Source: Neodothiora populina (taxonomy: Eukaryota). Taken from it: a stretch of DNA of 64,000 bases. Positions 11,855 to 22,132 of this stretch are shown here, in pieces. The notes under the pieces were generated by a model. That model worked only from the letters and a program-made list of their open reading frames with translations. It did not search any database and had not been told where the DNA came from. The first letter of the stretch is position 1; every line of letters begins with the position of its first letter. The position numbers and the translations under genes are program-made. The stretch lies in NCBI RefSeq assembly GCF_041146345.1, contig NW_027191414.1:620001-684000 (forward strand), given 5' to 3'.

Positions 11855-13463
11855 TTTGGAGTGATTGGGCGAGGCGCTCTTGTCGACGTCAAAGACAAGA
11901 TGAAGACACTAGCTAGATGTATGGCGGTCTTTCGGTAAGCGGTCTGTCTGATAAGAGACATATATCAGCTACCTGGCAGATTGACAACAATAGGTGATGA
12001 CAACACCAGCTGCCCCCAAGTCTAGAACTAACCGGTCTTTTGAGGATTCACGGATTCCTTGCTCCTGAGCCGGTCCCTTTATTGGTCCACAGTTGGTCAA
12101 GTGCGTGCGTGCGTGCGTGCGTGCCGGAAGAGGATTGATGGATGGGCAACGGTGCTGCACAAGAGACCGTTTGATGTGATATGCCTTTTTTTCTGTTTTC
12201 TGCCCTGTCAGTTCGTTTGTAGAACAGCTACAAGCAAGTATCGTCGCCTCCTGATCTGGAGATCTGAGGTAAGGTTCACAAGGGCTTCTGCCAACGATTG
12301 GGTGGTTGAGGCTTGAGACCGACGGGACGAACCGAGTGCTGTTGGTCTCCGACTTTGCGGGGCGGCACGAGGCACAAAGGTAGTGGTTTGAATTAATGTG
12401 ATAGCGCGTCTTGTCTGGTCTTGTTGGCAATACTAAATAAGATGGCGTCGGGAAGAAAGTGACACAAAAGTCCTGTCAAAAACACACAAAACACCCGATT
12501 GTGCATCTGCACGTTGTATCCGTCGTGTGTAACAGGAACCCTTCCTCTGCACCTTAGCCTGCACATCTGCAGGAGCAGACTTCCAACGAGCTCGCAGGCG
12601 GTCAACAGCCCGTCCGCCTCTGCTCACACAGACCCCTTGCCCGCCGGAAGACTGTCCATCTACCCGCCACAAAGGGACGGAAGACGAGACGATCATGATG
12701 TTGGCCATCGTACTTGTAGTCAGTTCCAAGTTTGTCCCCAATCTATGCAACTATTGCTGCTTCTTCGGTGTCGGACTAGACAAGTAGGCTGGACGCGTTT
12801 TCCATCAATCGGGCTTAGCCTCCTGAAGTGGTCCTCTTCAACCTTACTTACCACCTGAGCCACCGCATCAACTCAAAATCCATTATGTACAAGTGCACAG
12901 TGCCTGCCCAGCTCTGAGCCTCACGAATTCATCTGACAAACGTGTATCCGTGTACGAGTATCTGTGCATATGTACATCTGTGCATACGCTTTTATGACTC
13001 TCTTAGCTCCGCTTCAGGAGAAGCTGCAGGCTGCCAAGCCTTGCCACTCTATCATATTCAAGACACATCACCTATGTCTGTCTGCACGTACAGACACATC
13101 ATGCAGTGAGTCGTTGATCGTGATCAAGGTGCTTCCCTGATACTCAATGCGAAGTGTCGTTGGCGCCAGAACCGCGTACACGCATTGATGAGATTTTAGT
13201 GTAGATTGCGTTTGTAGGCTATCTCGTTTGCAACCAGACTTTCTATGGTGGAGCTAGTCGCTGACTGCCAATTGGGACCAAAGTCTAACCGCCTTCGGGT
13301 TATTCCTCACAGGCGAACTTCTCGTGAGATCGAGGTCTATCTAACCTCACTACTTCGTTGACTCTTCCTCATTTTCTCCATACCACCAGGTAAGCAACGT
13401 AACGGTATGCAGAACGTAGGCGGACCTTGTTGCTGCTGCTGACATGACACCAGTCGACACAAT

Positions 13464-13808
13464 ATGCCAGTCCTCCGTGTAGGCCAATCAATTCGATTGA
13501 AGCCAGAATACGCGGACGAATACATAAAGATCCACGCAAATGTCTGGCCCGGTGTCTTGAAGCGCATCTCGGAGTCCAACATCCACGACTACAGCATCTT
13601 TTATGACAAGAAGAGCGGCATCCTGTTCGCTACTTTCAAGTACACCGGAGATGACTTTGACGGTGACATGAAGAAATCAGCTGCGGATCCAGAGACCCAG
13701 AGGTGGTGGCAGGTGACTGATAAGATGCAGGAGAGCTTGGACGGAGGGAAAAGCAGTGTTGATGGTGGGTGGTGGAGGGTCCTGGAAGAAGTCTTTTATG
13801 CCGAGTGA
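13464..13808 (+). CDS. L-rhamnose mutarotase (RhaM/DUF718) family protein; probable 5'UTR intron 13390-13453
   Basis: EYIKIHANVWPGVL..SNIHDYSIF..DPETQRWW..WWRVLEEVF motifs. Upstream GTAAGC..GCTGAC..CAG intron ends 10 nt before the ATG. Confidence 0.85.
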   Translation: MPVLRVGQSIRLKPEYADEYIKIHANVWPGVLKRISESNIHDYSIFYDKKSGILFATFKYTGDDFDGDMKKSAADPETQRWWQVTDKMQESLDGGKSSVDGGWWRVLEEVFYAE

Positions 13809-14272
13809 TCAGGTAATGGTTCGTAGGTAGAGCCAAACCACACATCTCTTTTGCCTGTTGATTCGTGCCCTTTGCATTATCTCTCTACGAATCTGTGCAT
13901 TGATCGCCACAGCAAGTGAAGTAGATCGCATCGACGAGCCTTGGTTCAGTTCGATGTTACATCCACAACACACTCCACATTTCCACTCTTCTGTAAAGCA
14001 CTTCTTAAGCCTCAAACACACAAGACCTGAATCCACAAGCATCAATTTTGTTGCAAGGGCTAAAGAAGAAGAACACGATACCTCGTGCTCATTTATAGCG
14101 ATTCACGGAGCTGCACATCAGTAAATGCTCCTTGTCCTCATCACTCATCTTTTGGATCACTCGCACAGTTCCAAAAGCATCTGCATGTCGCTTTGCTGTT
14201 GTCAACTGCATCCTTACTGGAAAAGACTTCAAAGTCTCTCTCCATAATCTCGCTGCTGAGCGAGTGGTAACG

Positions 14273-16460
14273 ATGCCACTTAGGCTGCCTGGGCGCCTTC
14301 CAGTGCCGTCCACTCCAGCTGTGCCTGGTACCAATAGTCAGACTGTGATACCTAATCAACTCACTGGCAGCAATGGAGGCACAACTTCACATAGTAAGTT
14401 TTGTCTGCCAATTTTCTCTTCATATTCACCTGACTGTTGAAGCAGATGTGTCCAGTGAAGCTCCTGGTGTGACAAAGCGGAAGCGCAGCGACACCTCTCC
14501 TACAACTCCTTTGAAGAAACAGAAGCAACTTTCATCTGACAGTAACAGCGCGACCCTCCACAGTGTGGAGTCAACTGCAGACCCAGACTGGAGCGACCAA
14601 GCAGGACCTAAATCTGCTAGCAATGTAACTCACTTGCCCTCACCATTCTTGAGCCCACCGAATGTTGCCCCCGGCTCGTACATCACCAGAATTGGATTAA
14701 ACCCTACCTACATGCCGAGCCCTTTTCAACAAAGGACTTCATTCGCGCGTTCTACCGAAAGCGGTGATGCAATCAATGTTACAACTGGCGAAAAGCCAAA
14801 TGAACAAAGAAATTCTGACCAACATATGAATTCTCCTGATCGGTCACAAAATGCTCCGACCGATCCCAGTTCAAGGCCAGATATGTTGTACCCAAGGTAT
14901 TCTTACCAGCAGCGCCCCGTGGGCAGTGCATACCGCTCTGTATACCAGTATGAGCAGGGAATATATCCAAGGCTGCTTCAGCAGTCAACATCGACGCCCA
15001 CAGATGTACCTCATTATAGGGATAGCTCATACAGATCCCCTTATCAAATTCAGCAAGGTCCGCTTGGTGGAACGCCTGTACCTCATGGCAGTCCTGTCTT
15101 TACTCCCTCCGCAATGCCATCCGACAATAACACGGTAGCGCAGCCAGAGAATGTCAGAACAGCCAGAGCAGGAGGACAAACACCTTCACAAATGCAGCCA
15201 AGCAGTACTCAGCCCGTCAACCAACACGACTTGAATCACAGTCCTATTCCCGGTGCATCATACTCTGTGCGTGATCCTGATGGGTCACCATGGCCTGGAT
15301 ATATGTCTTCACCCAACAGATCACAGGTGCCTCGGGTGAATCTGACAACACCAACTAAACCAAAGATCTCGCATGCGATGTTGCCACCTGAGGGACATCC
15401 TTCGCAGAAGCAAATCAAATCTAATCAGGAACAGGCGAGGAAGCTTTATGTCGTAAGTTTCTTTTGGGACGTTTGATGTTCCTTAAAGCCTGACAAAGTG
15501 CATCCAACAGCGTGCTTACGTACAAGAACATGGAAGATACCCACCAAAGTTCGAAGCAAGATTTGTTGTCTCAAGTCGTAAGTAGCCTGCCCCAAGGGAC
15601 ATAGGAGTTTCGACATGTTGATAAGAACCATTAGCACAACCACCGGTTCCAGCTTCGAATGATGACGATAACCAAAACACAAATAACACCGAAAACCCTT
15701 TCAACGCCGCCAACATATTCACGGCTGGTATTGGTAACGATATGGCTAACCATTCATCAGAAAGGAAAGGTAGAGCTAATAGGTCGCAGAATCGTCCTCT
15801 GTACCTCCCAAGCCAGTAGCGACGCTGGCACCAAAGAAAGCACCCGCTCGGCGACGGGCGTCCAGAGCCAAGATCAAGCCTGCGGTTGCTGTAACTACCG
15901 GCAGCAAAGACACTTCTTTGACACAACAGCCCACACTCGTCGCAACCCCTGAACCTCCTCCAGTGTGGAAAGAGATCAGCCAGCAAGGCTCCACCAAAGC
16001 CACTCTTGTGCCTCCCACACTACAAGAGAATACAGCAGTGTTCCTGTTTCCCAGCCCAGCCGAAGATCTCAATATTGAGCTTAAGATACCACTCTACGAG
16101 GTCGGCTCATTCAAAGACGTCCCAGGCAGCACAATGGCGCCCCGCGGCTACGCCGGCTCAAGCAGAGGCGACAGACCCTGCATAGCGTCTGTATACAAGC
16201 CACAGACCGTGCCGCCTCCCGGATATGCACCTACTAAGACGAAAGGCTATCGCGCTCCTGCTCCGAAGAGACGATCGATTATCACCTTGACGGCCGACAA
16301 AGACGGAAGCAGAAGACCTAGCGCTGCTGATGAGTGGATGGAACGAGAGAAGAAGAAGAAATTGGAAGGATTGAATCTTGGTTCTGTTGAAAGGACTGAG
16401 TTTCCTTTTGCCATGCTGTGTAGTGAAGGGAGTGTTGGGCGTATGGTGAGGAATATTTGA
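14273..16460 (+). CDS. Hypothetical Pro/Ser/Gln-rich protein; probable 5 exons (introns ~14394-14442/14445, 15453-15510, 15578-15634, 15728 or 15734-15789)
   Basis: Three GTAAGT donors and one GTATTG/GTAACG donor, with YAG/AAG acceptors, join the 14373-15476 and 15918-16460 ORFs in a consistent frame. No family recognised. Confidence 0.6.
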
Positions 16461-17496
16461 TTTGGAGAGGAGAAGAGAGACTTCGATTCCATTGGGCTTG
16501 TATAGTGATCACAAGCCAGCGGGAAATCTACCTCCTTTAGGCTATGCTTCTTAGATCGAAAGAGTTCAAGAGATCAGGCGCGGCAAGGGGTATCTTGGCT
16601 CCATACAGAGGAACGGAGCCACCGGGGGTGGACTGCAAATTGCATAGTCTTGTGCAATTCAGCCAACCATGCCAATAGATGACTTGAGCAACAACCACGG
16701 GAGAAGTGGGATCGAACGCGTATACATTCTCAAATCGTCTTGCTCATAGTAAATGCATATGCGCATATCGCCACTCTCGCGACCGAAGAAGCAGTCGATC
16801 GAAGAGAATAACGGATTGTCATGCCATCACGACATCGAAGCATTCACCTACATGCCCTTTCAGTCATCGTCCTCACAATACCTTGACACAATCACTTATT
16901 ATCACTACTTCATAGAGACTCGATTTCGCAACGTCTCGTACCATGGACATCTTGAATGAAATACACCATATCGACCGTGCGTTAACGTTCTAGCGGGAAT
17001 ACTGCTACCGCGAGTCAGATTGAGCTGAGTTGTGGTTCATTCATTCGAGATCATTGGCATGATGCTGCGACGTCTGGTCTCTACCAAAGTTCTAGTAGAG
17101 GCGGTCGACAGAGACGCCAAGAGCAAGCAGACAGGACCCTGTGGGTCACTTTTTTGGCGATAGAACGATGAGGTATTGCATTTTACTTGAATTGCTGGGA
17201 GTTCATATGTCTGATTACTTCATTAGATATCAATTATGTGCTTAGAGAAGTATCGGTCTCCGGCTCTATAGGGACATCTTGCGATAGGCTGCATTCAACC
17301 CGACTTTATTTGAAGTGGCGAAATCATTACAAGCAATAAGCTTGAGAACACAAGAATCTTCACTATACGAATACAGCAAGAAATCCAGGATCATATCTTC
17401 TTTGCTATATCGAAGGGAAAGAAATATAAAAGAGATAGAGATACAAAGGATCTGGATAGTATCCAGAAACCACCTCATCTCCAAAAGAGAAAAAAA

Positions 17497-19524
17497 ATGT
17501 TCAGATCAAAACCAGCTTCAACGCAAGGACCCATGTTCACGCCTTCGGACATAGCAGCACTGATATCACAACTCCAACCACTCAAAAGTCCAGCAGCTGC
17601 GACTTGTTCGTCTCCCTCTCCATCTGATGTCCAGGAGCCAAAGGCCCATCTCATACGCAGTCGCTCAGGCAATAATCTGCTGCACTCTGAACTCAGCCGG
17701 GCGCGGTTCAGCAATCTGCTCCTGCGGTCAGATGCCAGCATTTCGCTATCTACTCTCGCCCTTGAATTAGGCGTAGACAAAGCCTCAGACTTATCATGGC
17801 TTCTCGAGGGTGCTGGAATCTGTTTCACGAGAGACAGAGAGCGCATCCTTTCCGTGCAGCAACAAAACGAGGTCCGCGAGTCGTTGAGGCTGGACCTTGA
17901 GGAAGGGAGACAGGGTGGCGTCAGATTAGCTGAATGGGCGGGACTCGGTCGATGGGATATAAGTCCCAGGACGGCAGAGTTGTTGGCGGGCAGTATAGAG
18001 GGATGTGAGATCACAGACTTGCACGGCTTCATCTGGGCTGCGTCAAGGCTACAGAGGTTGCGAGAAACGATCGCGCAGGAGTTGGGAGAGACTTCGGACG
18101 CGATCGTCGACGTGAGTGCCTTCAAGGGCGACATGGCTCTATCTAACTCGTGGCTCGTGGGGGTTTGTCAGTCGCTTGTGGAAGAAGACGGTAATGGCAT
18201 TGAAGGAGTCGTGGAAACGAAAGGTGGCAAAGTGTTTTTCACCCCACAATCTGCGCTTTCAGCACTCAGAGAAAAAGAGGAGATGGCTGTGAAGCAAGCC
18301 ATGGCAGAGAAAGTACGAGCGTTGGAGGAAGAAGGGTGTTGCGAGGTCGAGTCCACCAGCGGTGCCTCACTGGACGCCATCGAAGCCGCGTGGCGGGAGA
18401 GACGTCCGGAAGCACTTCTGTTACGCCTGGGAGACTCAGAGGCATCTGCCACCCTCCTGGCGCGAGAAGACGTTTTAGCAAGCAGAATCGAAGAACTAGT
18501 CCAAAGCGCCAGCAAAGTAGCAACCTCAATCTGGGCACCACGAACACCAGGACAAGAACCAAGTTACGAACCAGACACCTTCATTTCCACTCTGACAGAC
18601 CTTAACGAAGCAACGACCAGAACCAAGACATCGACCTCGTTCACCCGCGTCATCCTTTCGCAACCACAATCCTCTTCGACAATCAGAACCGCATTCGAAA
18701 ACACCCTCGCAGCGCTACAAACCAACACCGCGACCGCCCTATCTCACCTCCTCCGAAACAAACTAATCGGCCCCTTGAACCTCTATACCGCGGGCGTAAG
18801 CAGTCTAGTAAACAGCAACAACCCCGACCTGGCGACCCGAGTCTCAGAGCACATCCTAGAGACCACCTTCCGGCGACTCACACTCCCAGAAATCATCTCC
18901 GAGATCGAGCTGCACAAGTTATTTCCGACGACCAGAACCAACGTCAGAGAACTCGACCGATTCTTCGAAAACAGTCTCGGCAGTACCGGAAACAGTAACA
19001 AGGCAGAGACGAGCACGAACGGCAGCAACAGCAGCAACAGCAGCGCGAAAGCCCCAACGATCAAGTCTCTGCCAGACCTACAGTCAGCCTCTGCACGGCT
19101 AGCGCGCAAACTGCGCGTCGAAGCCTCACTCAGCGCGGACGAGCTCAAAGACATCAAACACGCATGGATTCAAGACCGACTCGACGGCATGAAGAAGATG
19201 AAACGCGGCAGCGACGTGCTGCAGAACCTGGTCTGGATCTTGCTCTCCACAAGGCGCGAGGGAGTGTTCGCTAGTGCGGGCAAGGATACTAGTCGGATGA
19301 TCAAAGTCGTTCAGGCGGATTTTGCTTCTTCGGCTTCTTCTGCTGATCATAACGGTGAGGGTGATGGTGATGGTGCTAGCAGCAAAGACAAAGACGACAG
19401 GGCTTTGGGGAAGAGATTGGGCGAGTTGAGGGACTTGGTCAAGGAGGGGCGGGATGGAGACCGGGAGAGGAAGGAGATGAGAGAGATGGCTAAGGTTGCT
19501 GCTGAGGGTTTCATGGCGACGTAG
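17497..19524 (+). CDS. Single-exon 675-aa protein; putative divergent UFL1 (E3 UFM1-protein ligase 1)-like protein; alternative start 17533
   Basis: Long uninterrupted ORF. By-eye collinear similarity to recalled human UFL1 in four N-terminal winged-helix segments and in the C-terminal domain. The CDS is secure; the family call needs a profile search. Confidence 0.7.
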   Translation: [675 protein letters not shown]

Positions 19525-20643
19525 AAGTATTATAGTTCGAAGCATCCTTCCCAATGGAATGCAGGAAAAGTAAGAACGATTGTTAGGACGAAGTTGACGC
19601 GCAGCACATTGCTCTATCCATAATTGAAATCGAGATCCTATGATGATAAGAACATCACTAGAAAGACTTGAACGACTTGCGTGCATACAAAAGATTAAAT
19701 CTGCAAATTTGGTATGGGTGTATTGTATGTCATAGCAAAATAAGTGAAGTCCAGATCACAAGTATAAAATGCACATGGAGGATCAATCGTCGCAGGATGA
19801 TGCGAAGGTCTGTGACTGCAACTTCAATCGCATAGACGTAATTTCGATGATGTTCGACGGCTGTCCAGAGGCATAACATTTCACATGTACAGAACGAGCA
19901 TACGGGAGGCGGTGGGTCAATCGGCATTCAAAGACAAAACCCCTGTTTCTTGAGACATCGTTAGCATAATGTGCTTGCTTGCGTGTCAAGAATGTGAAAG
20001 TAGGGTAGATAGTATAATCAATCAGATAGGAGCGAAAGATGATGGAATAGTTTATCCTCAAAGAGATTCGGTTGAACTATGCATTGGTATTGTGGATCAT
20101 CATGATGAAGGAGGAGAGCTGTGGAATGTGCAACGGAAGGAAGATTGCTTACCATCATTGGGAGGTTGGGATTTTCCAGTCGTTGTCGTCGTGTGCCAGA
20201 GATCTGTGTTGTTAGAAATGCACCAACGCAGCGCACTCGAAGATCAAAACGACAGAGGACAGATGCTCGAATCATTCGGTCATTGAAGAAGAGTTCATAT
20301 ACGGCTTGACTAGTCGTCACTGAGGCCGCCGAGACGCTCGCAGTAGAGCAGCCATGCTGAACACACCACAGCCACTTCAACCTTCCTTGTCATCCCCGGC
20401 CATTGTACCAGTTTTGTCCTTAGTGCGCGTGCGAGTTTGAGAGGAAGCGAGATGTTCACATCCACATGCAGAAAACAAAAAACAGCGAGGTTGGAAAACT
20501 CTTTTCTTTTTGCTCGAATCTTTTGAATTTCGCTTGTGCCGTTGCCGAAAATAAAAAAAACTCCCGTTCCAATGTGTGGTGATTGTCGAAGCACTCACAG
20601 TCCCCTCCCGGTTTCATTTTTTGTTGTTGCAGAACGACATGAT

Positions 20644-21265
20644 TTAAGCCTGGTTGGAGGGGCCACGGGCACCCTTGGGGGTACCGTTGCGGAAGCCGTT
20701 GCTGAACTTGCGCGAGACGAGCTTGAGTGTTCTCATACGGCCGGTACCGGTGGTCTTTCTTCTCTTGGCCTTCTCGCCCCAGTTGTCTGTGAGGTCATGT
20801 CAGATAGAGTGCTCCTGGATGGGTGTTGCATGTGGTTCCGAGAAGAGTTTGCGACTCGGATTCGAGTTGTTCTTCCGTCGAGGTGGAATTGATTCGAGGT
20901 TTTTTCATCGGGGGATAGACATACACTTTCTGATGGAGGCGCTGGGGTATCCGCAGTTGGAGCAAGTGTGCTTCTGGACGTGGAGAGAGCGGCTGCCTGT
21001 AAGGTTCATTCCCATCAGTCTTCTGTCTTTCTGGCAACCAAGTAGCCCTGCAGACGACGATTCTCATTGATCGCTACCCATCTGTATCCTGCTCTTTCTT
21101 TTCATCGCTCTCGTCACATACCGCAGCGTCTGCACAGAACGTGCGTCTTGTTGTGGCGCTTGCCGAAACTGGAGGTACCCTTGGCTATAGCAATCCGTCA
21201 GCAAGATATTCCTCCGTTCTCGCAGACACTCAAGGTAGTCTGTCTGATCGATGTGACGCACTCAT
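20644..21265 (-). CDS. RPL37: 60S ribosomal protein L37 (eL37); 4 exons (21265-21262, 21184-21122, 20996-20925, 20786-20644)
   Basis: Spliced product [65 protein letters not shown]... Confidence 0.97.
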
Positions 21266-22132
21266 TTTGACTTGTCGACTCCGGTATTAACTGGGTGGGC
21301 TGGGTGTTATCGTCTTCACTGGTCGTCACGTCCGGGACTTCGAAGTTCAGCACGAAGCGCAAAATTCAAGCGAGCGGTGGTGCAAGGTGCGAAGCGGCAC
21401 TACCCGCGTCTTGGCATTTGGCATTTTGACCAAGAACAAGCCAGGCTTCCGGTGGTCCGTGCACAGCGTAGAGAAACTCGCGCCCAGCTTTTTCCCCTTC
21501 TTTCACAATCTCGGTGCCAGAGGCTCAGGCACCGTCCCTGATCTTGTACTATGCTTCAGTATACGCAGCTGCTGGACCTTGAAGAAGAATATGACTATGA
21601 CATGCACAACGTATAATCAGAAGCACCAGAACAAGTAACTCATACAACCGAAGACATGTTGGATTAATCTGCCGTACCCTATGTACAACACACACACGTT
21701 CTACCCCTTCACATCCAGTCTAGCCCATCCCCCACCCATACATCAACTATGAAACCAATAACGTAACATGCATACAAGCAGAACAAAAGAAGAGTAGGTA
21801 GGCTAGCTCATATTTTCTCTCCAGCCACAGGCCCTGCCTGAAATATTTGTGCAAACCGATAAGTGATCAGTAGGCAAAATCATATGACCTTCTGAACAGA
21901 CGCCGTCGTGTCCTTGGGTTCGCGTCGTCATGAGGAGAATATAACAAGACTTCTGCCGGTAGCTCTAACAAAAGGCGTGATGGAAGGGAAAGACGAACAA
22001 GTAAAGGGAGAAGAAAGCGAAAGAAGTAACACTTTTGCTGCAAATCAAGATGAAACATTGCCAGGTGAGATGTGGCGCCTAGTGCTCATACTAGCGACAT
22101 CACCAGTATGCACTGGTCATTCATAAGAAACC

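Noticed and set aside
20997..21121. Intronic C/D snoRNA in RPL37 intron 2
   Set aside because: The CTGA is probably the branch site, box C is imperfect and the span is too short.
20644..21265. Functional linkage of RPL37 with the neighbouring UFL1-like gene
   Set aside because: Adjacency in a fungal genome is weak evidence without conserved synteny.
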